Shown in pieces: positions 21,386 to 31,394 of a stretch of 64,000 bases of DNA; within the stretch, counting starts at the first letter, position 1, and every line of letters starts with the position of its first letter. Both the position numbers and the translations under genes were made by a program. The stretch comes from Geopsychrobacteraceae bacterium (GTDB taxonomy: Bacteria; Desulfobacterota; Desulfuromonadia; Desulfuromonadales; Geopsychrobacteraceae): contig CAXXTB010000002.1 in the NCBI GenBank assembly GCA_963676795.2, positions 288,001-352,000 of the forward strand, read 5' to 3'. The notes under the pieces are model-generated. The model was not told the origin of the DNA. It made no database searches and worked only from the letters and a program-made list of their open reading frames with translations.

Positions 21386-22625
21386 GATGTCTTCCTTTCA
21401 TTGTTTTTAGAGCAGAGCCAGGTGCCTGATGCGGGAACGTTTCATTATGGCCGGTGTCGTATATGCATATTGAAGTGGCGACAGAGGCTTTGATTAAGTT
21501 CCGGGGTGATTTCTCAGGCTCATCGTAGATGGCTAGTTGTTGAATACATGAAAACTAAGGGCAGATAAATCGCCCACGATTTGTCTGTTCCTTTAGAACG
21601 GAATAAATTTCATTTCGAAGTATTTCTGTTTCGTAACGATCATTGTTGTTAGTAAATTTCTTTAAACACTCTTTATTTGCCGGATTGACTCTTTCGTCTG
21701 CTGCATCCACTTGTTATCTCCATTAACGTTGAAATGTTCTGTTCTGGAATCGGCGGTGTGCTTATCTGTGGTAGGTTTTTATCCATGGTATGACGAGATC
21801 ATATTTATTTTTCGGCATTATTTCTAATGACAATTCAGAATGGCAACTGCCTCGAAAAGTAATGGTTCTCAAAGCAATTTTCTCGTGACCTACCAAGGTC
21901 TTGTTGCTGGCAGTATGTATTGTTAACTGAGTCATTAGAAAAACAGGGTCGTATTTTTTGGGGGGGAACGCTTTGCCTGTCCCGTCTCAATGAGTCTTTT
22001 TATTGACCATGTCTATTTGTTATGGGTCGATGAAATAATGTCATTATGTATTTTTGAATGGGATGAGGTAAAAGGTGCAGTGAGATGCGTGGTGTCTTCT
22101 GTGTCGCGAGGGACTGAAAACATTGTCGTAGACTATAGTCAGGAGAAATCTACGTAATATTGCTGTTTGGCTAACGTAGGAATTTTGTTTTTATGAATCT
22201 GCATGTGAGATTAACTAGTAGTTCAGGCCTTGAAATAGACTATCGGCGCTGTTTCTTGTGGATGCAGAGAACGTGGGATACGCAGTATCGACTCCTTAAT
22301 ATCTAAAGAACATATTTATAATTTTGATTTGATCCAACATGGGAATTGGATCGAATTGTCAGGAAGCATATCTTCCCATAGACTCATAGGTTTAACCTCT
22401 GTGCGATGTGCTCTATCCCCTCTATGAGGGGTAGAGCGTTTTTTTTATCGCTTATGCAGACCAGACAAGGTCCGCTATCTGAAATAGTTATTTTGTGAGC
22501 ATTGTGAAAAGTTTTTAGCAGAATCGGGATACGGGGATAATGCTCATGCGCCTTTCTGTATGACATAGGCGCTATCCGGGCATTTTGTCTTCACTATTTT
22601 GACCCGTTAGTCTTAAAGAGTTTTT

Positions 22626-23207
22626 ATGTGTGAAAAGAAAAGACTTGTCGTTGCCTTGAGTGGTGCCAGTGGTGTCAGCCTGGCCTTGGTATTGCTTGAA
22701 ATGATGCAAAGGCAGGACGATTGGGAAACCCATCTCGTTATATCCAGCGGTGCCAAAAGAACCATCGAGTTGGAGGTTCCCGAAACAGTGGAGCAGGTCA
22801 GAGCTCTTGCCACAAAAGTCTACAACCTGAACGATATCGGTGCCAATATTGCGAGCGGGACCTTCAAGACTGAGGGCATGGTTGTAGTCCCTTGCAGCAT
22901 GAAGACAACGGCTGGCATTGCCAACGGTTATTCTGAAAATCTATTGTTGCGGGCTGCCGATGTCACCCTGAAAGAACGACGTAAGCTTGTTCTTGTGGTC
23001 CGCGAGTCACCGCTGAGCCAAATCCATCTGAGAAATATGTCAACGTTGGCGTCGATGGGCGTCGTGCTGATGCCGCCAATGATGACTCACTACAACAAGC
23101 CTAAGACCATAAGAGATATGGAGAACCATATTGTCGGCAAGGTTCTCAGCGAGTTTGGTATTGAGCTGTGCGAGTTCAAGCGCTGGCATGCTCCGGGATA
23201 TGATTGA
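22626..23207 (+). CDS. ubiX: Flavin prenyltransferase (UbiX/BsdB/LpdB type)
   Basis: SGASG, IASGTF, PCSMKT, RAADVTLKERRKLVLVVRESP. Confidence 0.93.
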   Translation: MCEKKRLVVALSGASGVSLALVLLEMMQRQDDWETHLVISSGAKRTIELEVPETVEQVRALATKVYNLNDIGANIASGTFKTEGMVVVPCSMKTTAGIANGYSENLLLRAADVTLKERRKLVLVVRESPLSQIHLRNMSTLASMGVVLMPPMMTHYNKPKTIRDMENHIVGKVLSEFGIELCEFKRWHAPGYD

Positions 23208-23217
23208 GAGAGAAGAC

Positions 23218-23607
23218 ATGGACGCCGACAACAACAGTTTCTTCAGACTCGAATCAACTGAGGATGATATTCCGGTCGTTCTGACCGCTGTCCGTCAGGG
23301 TGTAGATTTATGTGTTTCGCTCTATGGTGGTGACAAAGGGCATATTGGCGCGGTGGCACTGGCCCAACCGCGTCCAAGTCTGACAGATCCTACGCAATTG
23401 AGCGCATCGACTTCGGTTGTCACAGTCTGCGGTCATAAGGAGGATGGGCTTGCTTATGATGTTGCCGAGTCGTTGGCCCAGAAGATCAACGGCATCGTTA
23501 CTGTCTCATGTGGCATCCATATCGATAACGCCAGCCAACAACAGATCCAGCAGATTGTCCGTATTGCAAAAGGACTGGCTGTCCGGCTTGGGACTTTGCT
23601 CGCCTGA
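23218..23607 (+). CDS. LpdD-like prenylated-FMN chaperone
   Basis: 129 aa from ATG 23218; GG..HIGAVA, GHKED, GIHIDNA motifs; immediately behind ubiX. Confidence 0.7.
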   Translation: MDADNNSFFRLESTEDDIPVVLTAVRQGVDLCVSLYGGDKGHIGAVALAQPRPSLTDPTQLSASTSVVTVCGHKEDGLAYDVAESLAQKINGIVTVSCGIHIDNASQQQIQQIVRIAKGLAVRLGTLLA

Positions 23608-23814
23608 CATTGGTTGGTCCGGACATGAAAAAGTCGTGGCTGGCCTGCTGGCTGTTCTATGCCCGTCTTATGGTTCTGTTCGTTGCAATATCTGGAAATG
23701 CAAAAATAAACATAATGATGTCAGTTGTTTGATGTTGAGTTTATATGACACTGCACCTGCTTTGTCTCTAAGCTGCACATTAACTGAAGATTAAAGGTCG
23801 AGGAGTGGAAAACT

Positions 23815-24876
23815 GTGGATTTATCAACCAACTATATGGGAATTCAGTTAAAAAATCCTTTTATCGTATCTGCCAGCACCCTGACCGGAGATATCGACTC
23901 GGTCGTAGAATGCGCCAATGCCGGTGCTGGTGCTATTGTCCTGAAATCTCTCTTCGAAGAAGAGATTGCCGCCGAAATTGACGCTCTCAGCCAGAATGCA
24001 GAGAATTATTCCGGCTACGGTGAAGCCTACGAATATCTGCAGGGGTACGGCCAGGCACTGGGACCGCAGGGCTATCTCGACCTGGTTGAAGAAGCGAAGC
24101 AGAAGACCGATATTCCGATTATCGCCAGCCTGAACTGCGTCTCCGACAACAGCTGGGGCGACTATGCGCAGAAGCTTGAGGCCTCCGGTGCTGATGGTGT
24201 CGAACTGAATATTGCAATTATGCCCCACAGTATCAAGCAGGATGGTACGGATATCATCGATGATTATCTGCGTATTGTCCGTGAAGTTAAAGATAAGGTT
24301 AACATTCCTGTTGCAGTCAAGGTTGGTCCCTATTTCACTTCATTTGGGAACTTTGCTGACCGGATTGCGACCGAACGTCACGAGGCACCTGCTTATAGTG
24401 TCGGCTGGTTAGGCAAGGATACTGCGGATGGGAAGGTCAGTTGGAAAGGTGTTGATGCCATTGTTTTGTTCAACCGCTTTTACCAACTGGACATTGATAT
24501 CGATCAGAAATCCTTGACCCAGGGGATTTCCTATAGTTCTCCGGCAGAGCTCTCCCTCAGTTTGCGTTGGATCTCCCTACTTGCCGGAAAAGTTGGTTGT
24601 GACCTTGTCTGTAATACCGGCATTCATGAAGGCCATGATGCAATAAAGGCTCTTTTGGCGGGAGCCAAGGCTGTTGAGGTTTGTTCGACTCTCTTCCTGA
24701 ACGGAGTGGGGCAAATCGAAAAAATGAAGCAGCGGCTTATGTCGTGGATGCAAAAAAATGACTATCGAACAATAGCTGATTTTCGTGGATTGGTTAGTCA
24801 GTCACTGAGTAAAAACCCCGAAGATTTTGAGCGTCTACAGTATGTCAAGCTCTTCGTCGGAATGCAGAAGTCATAA
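23815..24876 (+). CDS. Dihydroorotate dehydrogenase-like FMN oxidoreductase
   Basis: MDLSTNYMGIQLKNPF, AGAIVLKSLFEE, ELNI, IPVAVK, VLFNRFYQ; lacks the catalytic Cys of true DHOD. Confidence 0.85.
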   Translation: MDLSTNYMGIQLKNPFIVSASTLTGDIDSVVECANAGAGAIVLKSLFEEEIAAEIDALSQNAENYSGYGEAYEYLQGYGQALGPQGYLDLVEEAKQKTDIPIIASLNCVSDNSWGDYAQKLEASGADGVELNIAIMPHSIKQDGTDIIDDYLRIVREVKDKVNIPVAVKVGPYFTSFGNFADRIATERHEAPAYSVGWLGKDTADGKVSWKGVDAIVLFNRFYQLDIDIDQKSLTQGISYSSPAELSLSLRWISLLAGKVGCDLVCNTGIHEGHDAIKALLAGAKAVEVCSTLFLNGVGQIEKMKQRLMSWMQKNDYRTIADFRGLVSQSLSKNPEDFERLQYVKLFVGMQKS

Positions 24877-25007
24877 TCCTTTTTCAGCGATGTGTGGCCG
24901 TCATTATTTATCACTGCTATGACTGGCGGAAGTTTTCCGTTATCTTTTTTGGGGAATTGAGTAATTTCAGATAATTATGTCAACACTGAGCTGAAAATAA
25001 AAACAGA

Positions 25008-25279
25008 ATGATGACACGTATTCTTCCCAGTATCAGCTTTGATGATGTTCGACTTATAATGACTATTGTAGAACAGCAGAATTTTACACGTGCTGCCAAC
25101 ATTTTGAACATGACCCAGCCGGCCTTAAGTAAGCGTGTTTCAGCATTAGAGCATGTCCTGGGAGTCCGTCTCATAGATAGGGACAGACGCCCGATAGTTC
25201 TGACTGCTGAAGGAGACTTTTTGATCCAGCGGTGGATCAAAATATTTGAGGATATTCAAGGTTCAATTATGGATGTGTC
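25008..25279 (+). pseudogene. LysR-family regulator, HTH only, truncated at the IS3 element
   Basis: NFTRAANILNMTQPALSKRVSALE..LG..L..R LysR HTH; the reading frame runs into the IS end at 25280 and no substrate-binding domain follows the IS. Confidence 0.75.
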
Positions 25280-25315
25280 TGAGGTCGGTCCGCAATAGTG
25301 GACACCATGTTATAG

Positions 25316-26188
25316 TCAGGCAGCCCCTTGCTGCCTGATGAATTTCTTCCAGTATGCCGCCGGGGAGAGATTGCCCAAGCTGGCATGTCGTCTCTGCCGA
25401 TTGTAGAACATCTCGATATACTCTCTGATCTCAATGACAGCTTGCTGCCGGGTGCGATACTTCCGGTGGTGGACCAGTTCCCGTTTGAGCGTGCCGAAGA
25501 AGCTCTCCATCGAGGCGTTGTCCCAGCAGTTCCCCTTGCGGCTCATCGACGGCTTCATCTCGAATTGCTTCATCAGCTTCTGGTAGCGGCGCGAGCAATA
25601 CTGGCTGCCGCGATCCGAATGGTGGATCAACCCTTTCGGTGGCCGCCGGGCAGCAACGGCGCGGAAGAGGGCGCGGCCAACCAGGTCTTGCGTCATCCTA
25701 TGGCTCATGGCGTAGCCGACGATTTCCCGGTTCCAGAGGTCCTTGATCGCCGCCAGGTAAAGCCAGCCTTCTTCGGTGGCGACATAGGTGATATCCGCCA
25801 CCCAGGCCTTGTTCGGCCCTGATACTGCGAAATCCTGGTTCAGCAGATTCGGAGCAACCGGCAGCTTGTGGTTCGAGTCGGTGGTTGACTTGTACTTCTT
25901 AACCTGCTTGCATCGCAGGTCCATTTGGCGGCGCAGGCGCTTGATCCGGTTCAGCCCGACCTCGACCTTCTCGACGTCAAGCAGTTCATCCTGAATCTTC
26001 TCCGGCCCGTAGGCGCCTCGGCCCCGCTCATGGGCCGCCTTGATCGCCACTTTGAGTCGTTCGTCCTCCTGCTTGCGGGCTGACGGCTTGCGATTCTTCC
26101 AGGCATAGTAGCCGCTTTTCGATACGCCGAGTGTCCGGCACATCGGATCGACGGAGAAACCCTGCTCCTTGCGCAGCTCGTCGATCAT
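25316..26188 (-). CDS. IS3 transposase OrfB (DDE)
   Basis: WVADITY, HSDRGSQY, GNCWDNA..ESFF motifs. Confidence 0.95.
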   Translation of the reverse strand: MIDELRKEQGFSVDPMCRTLGVSKSGYYAWKNRKPSARKQEDERLKVAIKAAHERGRGAYGPEKIQDELLDVEKVEVGLNRIKRLRRQMDLRCKQVKKYKSTTDSNHKLPVAPNLLNQDFAVSGPNKAWVADITYVATEEGWLYLAAIKDLWNREIVGYAMSHRMTQDLVGRALFRAVAARRPPKGLIHHSDRGSQYCSRRYQKLMKQFEMKPSMSRKGNCWDNASMESFFGTLKRELVHHRKYRTRQQAVIEIREYIEMFYNRQRRHASLGNLSPAAYWKKFIRQQGAA

Positions 26189-26493
26189 CGCGTACCTCCC
26201 CGCGGCTCCTTTGCAAGGTACGCCATAGCCTTTTTTAGGATTTCCTTCTCCAGCCGGGCTTCGGCCAGCTCTTTCCGCAACCGGGAGACCTCGGCCTCCA
26301 ACTCAGATACGTTATGGCTGCCGTGGGCCTTTAGGCCGGTGGTGCCATGCTTCTTGATCCAGTTGCGCAGCGTCTGCTGCGATACGCTCAAACGCCGCCC
26401 AACTTCGGCAACCGTCAAGCCGCCATCGATGACTAGGCTGACGGCCTCCTCCTTGAATTCCAATGTGAAAAACTGCCTCGGTATGCGTTCCAA
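26185..26493 (-). CDS. IS3 transposase OrfA (HTH plus leucine zipper)
   Basis: FTLEFKEEAV..TLRNW..E..RLRKEL..LEKEILKKA; TTG start after AAGGAGG. Confidence 0.9.
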   Translation of the reverse strand: MERIPRQFFTLEFKEEAVSLVIDGGLTVAEVGRRLSVSQQTLRNWIKKHGTTGLKAHGSHNVSELEAEVSRLRKELAEARLEKEILKKAMAYLAKEPRGGTR

Positions 26494-27076
26494 TGGACAC
26501 CTCCTTGAGCCTCGCAGGCTATCAGATTGGTGTCCACTTTTTCCAGCCTACCTCAGATGGAAACGGTATTTGAATATGGAGTCTATTGAACTTCGGTTTA
26601 CCTGAGTATCTCAAATTTCTAACTGATGCGGATTGTGATCAAGTCAACAAGCTTTGCAGGCGTCTTTGCAAAGTCTTGTTGGCTTTTAGTCGGGGATTTG
26701 CATAGTACGTAGATTTTTTGTCCGATCCATTAGTAATTATTATCTTAAAAAGTCTCCATAATTATTGAAATATTCTGTTTACATTAGAAATCCCCGTCCT
26801 CTGGACGTTTTTTTAACAGTCCTCTCTCTCCTTTTTTCTTTAATTTAAAACTGTCTCAAATATTACTATTCTTGAATAGTAACAGTTCATTACTTTTTGT
26901 CATGGGGCCCATGTTCAATTTCTATTGGCGGCAAATATCCAAGATGTATAAGATTTTTACGAATGAAGCAATGCGCAGACCTCTGTGTGTAGCCGCGTAG
27001 TTGCCGGTATGCGAGTGAGGAGCTCCGGGTCGGCATTGTCGTGAAACCCTCTGTTGCTCAGGCTGGATGTCGGTTG

Positions 27077-28252
27077 ATGAGAAATGTTCACAGCACTTGC
27101 ACTTTGAATATGTCGATATTGGCGATCGCGTTTTCGTTGATGCTGTGTATGGCGATTGCGCCAGCATTGGCTGAGATTGGTAAGGCGTTCCCCGCTGTCA
27201 GCCAGGAAGCGTTGACCTTCATGCTTGTGCTCCCCACACTGGCGGCGATAGTGCCAGTTCTTTTAGATGAGGTTGTGCCGCATAAGCTTAAAACCAAGTG
27301 GGGCCTCTACGTCTCTTTTGCCTTCTTCCTTGTCGGCGGCGTCGGGCCGCTCTTTCTTCACCGTTTCCAGCTGGTACTTCTTTGTCGTGCAATTCTTGGC
27401 CTCGGTCTCGGATGTTTTCTGTCATCTGTTTTGGGATTGCTGGAGGGCAGCAGTGCTGGGCATGAATACAGCCCGCAGGGCGTTTTCCAGGGCGGCGTCT
27501 GTGGGGGGGGGATTTTCCCCGGTTTGTTGGCCGGCCTCTTGGCTGTGATCGCCTGGAATCTGGCTTTTCTGACCTATGGATTCTTAACAGTCTGTCTTTT
27601 GCTGGCTATTGTCTGCGTTCCTGAACCGCCCAGAGCAGCGGCCGTGCTGGGGAGAAAACCGTTGTTGTCGGTTAGTAGAGGGGGGATCTTTATCTGTATC
27701 GGAGTTCTGCTCTATTCCGTTGTCTGTTTTGCTTGTTTCGGTTATCTCGCCCAGGTTGTCGCTGCCAAGGGGCTGGGAGATTCAAAGGTGTCGGGTTGCG
27801 CGACAATGTTGATGGCGCTCGGAGTCCTCTGTCTGGGTGGGCTATCAAGGTCGCTTATCAGGCGTCTGAAAAATTATGCCATGTTTGTCGCTCTGTTAAT
27901 GACGGCCGTCGGGTTCGCTGTTCTGTCGACTGCATATGTTTGGTGGGAGGTCTGCGTGGGTTCCGTCTATGTCGGCCTAGGCTTCGGTTTGTTCATGCCT
28001 TGCGCGCTAGTGAGGTTTAACGAATCGTCAGGCAGACCTGCGGCCGAGCTTGTGAATGCCCTGTTTCTGGTCTGCATCCATGTCGGGGCGATCGCCGCAC
28101 CGAAGATTCTGGTTGGTATCGGTGCTTTTTTCAGGAACGCAGATGACCACTTCATATTCCTTTTATGTTCTATCTGTCTGTTTGTCTCAGCAGTGATTTG
28201 TCTTCTCTCTTTATTTGTGTCTCCACTAAATGAAGAATGTGAATGGCTCTGA
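27077..28252 (+). CDS. MFS transporter (divergent paralogue of 54210-55385)
   Basis: 391 aa from ATG 27077, hydrophobic 12-TM pattern; shares PALAEIGKAFPAVSQE, GLGD.KVSG.ATMLM, VGLGFGL.MP, AAPKILV with 54210-55385. Confidence 0.75.
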   Translation: MRNVHSTCTLNMSILAIAFSLMLCMAIAPALAEIGKAFPAVSQEALTFMLVLPTLAAIVPVLLDEVVPHKLKTKWGLYVSFAFFLVGGVGPLFLHRFQLVLLCRAILGLGLGCFLSSVLGLLEGSSAGHEYSPQGVFQGGVCGGGIFPGLLAGLLAVIAWNLAFLTYGFLTVCLLLAIVCVPEPPRAAAVLGRKPLLSVSRGGIFICIGVLLYSVVCFACFGYLAQVVAAKGLGDSKVSGCATMLMALGVLCLGGLSRSLIRRLKNYAMFVALLMTAVGFAVLSTAYVWWEVCVGSVYVGLGFGLFMPCALVRFNESSGRPAAELVNALFLVCIHVGAIAAPKILVGIGAFFRNADDHFIFLLCSICLFVSAVICLLSLFVSPLNEECEWL

Positions 28253-28634
28253 TTCTAGTTGGTCTGGCAGTGAGGATCGATGTGCCTGTTGCTGTATTGC
28301 GTTGATTCTTTACTGAAAAATTAAGTCAAGTTCCATTGATAAGTCAGGAAAGGAGGATAGGGCGGAAAAGTAATTTAAATAACAAAGTTTTACTCTGTGT
28401 ATATTGGCATTAGTAATTTTATTGACAGTTGTTGAAGGTGAGGTAGAGAAAATGCGGCTTAATAGGATATGCAAGTTAGATATCTGTCTTACCGTTGTTG
28501 TGTCTGCTCAAACATTATGGATGCAGAAGACGGCATGATGAACTTATTGCCGGCTCTCAAGGAACTCTCATTGACGAGTTTCCTCCTGTTCAAGGTCTGT
28601 TCATGGTGTTTCAAACTTTAGGGGAGTATAAAGA

Positions 28635-29252
28635 ATGAATATCAAATTTGCTATTGTAAACGCTATTGTAGGAAGTATCGTTCTGAATCTGTTGATCTCG
28701 GTCCTCGGTGTCGTTGGCTACGGACCTTACATCTGGATGGTCTTTCCGTCTCTGTTTATCTTCTTCGCGCTTGGTGCCGAGTTCAGGAAGATACCGGGAA
28801 TTATCCTCAGTGCTGCCTGTGGCATCGTCTGGTGGATGATCGTCATCTGGATCAGTTCGGCTCTTGCTCCCACCGTTGGTCCTGACCAGGCTATGGGGAT
28901 CGGTGTTACGGTTTCACTTGTTTTTATTCTGGTCATTCACGAGTATCTACTGGCCAGCAACAAATTTTTAGGTACGACTCCTGCTGTTTTTCTCGGTTTC
29001 TGTTTGACTTCGTTTTCGACGTCTGTGATTCCGAGCAATGTTGCGCAGTTGACGCCATTTCACGTCTTTGGACTCATCGTCTACGGTGTTGTTTTAACAG
29101 TTATTCTGATGCTGGTCAGTTTCAATGTGCTAAGTCTGTTTTTCGGTAAGGAAGCGACCATCAAGTATTTTGCAGAACTTGGAGCAAAGACTTTTTACTT
29201 GAGTAGAGAAGTCCATGGCGCTCCTCCTGAGCAGATGCGTAAAGAAGCTTAG
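28635..29252 (+). CDS. Integral membrane protein, DUF1097-like
   Basis: 205 aa, several TM segments, W.VF....FFA.G and PAVFLG motifs; RBS GGGGAG. Confidence 0.6.
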   Translation: MNIKFAIVNAIVGSIVLNLLISVLGVVGYGPYIWMVFPSLFIFFALGAEFRKIPGIILSAACGIVWWMIVIWISSALAPTVGPDQAMGIGVTVSLVFILVIHEYLLASNKFLGTTPAVFLGFCLTSFSTSVIPSNVAQLTPFHVFGLIVYGVVLTVILMLVSFNVLSLFFGKEATIKYFAELGAKTFYLSREVHGAPPEQMRKEA

Positions 29253-29753
29253 AGTTTCGAGTGTTGCATATGACCCATAGGGTCGTGGGTTGAAGATTTT
29301 TATGGGATGTGTCGAAGCGTCTCCAGAATGACTTTGCGCTGTCTGTAACAAAGCCTTCTGGAGACGCTTTTTTTCGATCTTTGTCGGCGTGGCTGCGCAG
29401 AAAGCATTCTCAGGGCACGGCAATTGCGTTTTAGTAGTCTGGTTTTGCCTGTGATGTTTTTGCTTTCCGATGTAGAGAGGCTCTGGAGGAGTTTTCTTTC
29501 TACATCACTGCTCGGAAGAGCTATAGTGTTACAAGGCGTCTCTGGCTCAGCCAGCGCTAAGTAAAATTAGAGCTATTGTCAAAGCTGGTGTAATGGCGGC
29601 TTGCTCAAGCCGCGTCCTGATTGCCTGCTGTCACCTCGATTCCACCTTTAAATTTCATTCTCGTGATGACCTTGGCCAGAGAGACGAATTTTCTTAATCG
29701 GTGTCAGTTTTTCTCTGTGCATTTCGATAGCTTGAACATCATGTGCAACATCC

Positions 29754-29975
29754 TATCCCGCTCATGGACAATCGCGATAGGCTGAAGTGGATTGTCGTTA
29801 AGGATGTCGATGGCGAGATGGTCTTCGAAACCGAAGATGTGCCTTATGAAAAATTGGTCGGTTCATCCTCCGGCCCACTAAAGGCTTAGAGGCGTGAAAA
29901 ATACCTGAAGGATGCTGCTCCTTCCTTCGGGTATAACTCCCGTGAATTCCACAGGGGTCACGGGAGTTGTTTTTG
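29754..29975 (+). pseudogene. Relic 3' end and terminator of an AprA/SdhA-like flavoprotein gene
   Basis: Translates (with two frameshifts) to YP-MDNRDRLKWIVVKDVDGEMVFETEDVPY-KNWSVHPPAH*, matching the C-terminus of 36262-37965; the 3' UTR and hairpin are also homologous. Confidence 0.85.
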
Positions 29976-30141
29976 CTCGACAGGGTGGGGGATTTGGTGT
30001 GGCTGATAGGCATCACCGCGACCGAGGGTGTTGGTCTGGCACTTGTCGTCTCTGATGGTGATGATACCGCTGTCGGGCCGAAGCCTGCGACGTTTTTTAC
30101 GATCTATTCACCAAGAGCGGTTCAGTAGGACGCTTGCATTT

Positions 30142-31050
30142 TTAACTGGCCCATTTGAGAAGTTTCCTGTGTTGGTCCATAACATTGTTAAATATGGCAA
30201 TAGTAGGATTGTAATTTTCTTTGTTCCAGGCGCGGACATACATCATGGCATCCATGCCTGCCAGTTTTATCATTTCAATTTCGGGGCTATTGGCGATGTA
30301 GCTGCGGGCGCTGGTTACGGCTATTCCTCGTCCTATTTCAATCCACAGAAGTTGGGTTTTAAGGTCTGGTGCCATGACTGTTTTGGGCGTGAAGCCAGCA
30401 TCTTGGCACGTTTTCATGAACAGGCGGTTTAATCGTCCAGCGACCTCGTTCGGGAAAATAATAAATGTTTCGTCTTTGAAATCTATTAAAGTTAAATTGC
30501 TTTGGTCAGCAAGCGGATGTGTCTTCAAGAGGGCTAAGCGTGCTGGCAAATAGTACATATCGTCATAAACTATACTATTGCGGTTTTCTATCTCGACGAA
30601 CAGGGTGAAGATGATATCGAATGTACCTTCTTGTAGACCCGAAGCGAGACCTTTGTATCCCGTTTTTTGTAAATTTAATTCGACTTCGGGATACTGCAAG
30701 CTGAATTCTTGAATAGCTTTCTGCAGCGATTCGTCTACGTACTCAGCCTCGAAAATTCCTAACGACAGTTTTCCCGAATGCCCACTCTCCGCCTTTTTTG
30801 CTGCGCAACTGAGCTCTTTAAACTGTTCTTTCATGGTTCGTAAACCATTGTAGAAAACAGTTCCGCCCGGAGTCAGGCGCACACGTTTATTACCAGTATC
30901 CCGGATAAAGAGTTGAAGCGCTAACTCATCCTCAAGTTTTGCAATGTTTCTACTCAGTGCCGATTGGGTGATAAATACTTTTGATGCTGCTTCGGTAAAG
31001 TTCAGACATTCGCAGGCATAAAAAAAACATTTCAACTGAGTTTCGTTCAT
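30142..31050 (-). CDS. LysR-family transcriptional regulator
   Basis: LNFTEAASKVFITQSALSRNIAKLEDEL HTH; start set by alignment to paralogue 39545-40426. Confidence 0.92.
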   Translation of the reverse strand: MNETQLKCFFYACECLNFTEAASKVFITQSALSRNIAKLEDELALQLFIRDTGNKRVRLTPGGTVFYNGLRTMKEQFKELSCAAKKAESGHSGKLSLGIFEAEYVDESLQKAIQEFSLQYPEVELNLQKTGYKGLASGLQEGTFDIIFTLFVEIENRNSIVYDDMYYLPARLALLKTHPLADQSNLTLIDFKDETFIIFPNEVAGRLNRLFMKTCQDAGFTPKTVMAPDLKTQLLWIEIGRGIAVTSARSYIANSPEIEMIKLAGMDAMMYVRAWNKENYNPTIAIFNNVMDQHRKLLKWAS

Positions 31051-31394
31051 GGAATCCTCTGTTGTAATCATGGAGAAAAAGCCAAACGACCGATTTTGAG
31101 TGATGTATTCTTTATGTACAATAACAGTGGAGATAATTGACTTCAATGTGCAGAGTGCAATAAAATATACGATAAAATATGAAACTTTTTATGGTTTTCG
31201 TTCGATTTGCACAGTTGCTACTCGAGGTCTATAAATTGCTGGTCTGAGGCAGCTACCGAAGAGAGAGGCTCTTAAATCAAAAGCTAGGCAGGAAAGTGCA
31301 GATGGCCAGCGGAGCGGCCCACGAAAAACTGAAAACTGGTCGTAAATATAGGATCTTTCAGCGTAACGTAACATTTGAGTAAAGGTCACAACGG

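Larger units (their letters stand above)
25280..26555 (-). mobile_element. IS3-family insertion sequence (1276 bp)
   Basis: TG..CA ends; 28-bp imperfect IRs (22/28) tgaggtcggtccgcaatagtggacacca and tgaggtaggctggaaaaagtggacacca; orfA and orfB; A6G slippery site at 26230-26236. Confidence 0.93.

Noticed and set aside
21400..22600. Small ORFs or an RNA gene in the 1.2-kb AT-rich gap (including a ~51-codon minus-strand ORF near 21556-21710)
   Set aside because: No recognisable motif, RBS or RNA family; unsupported.
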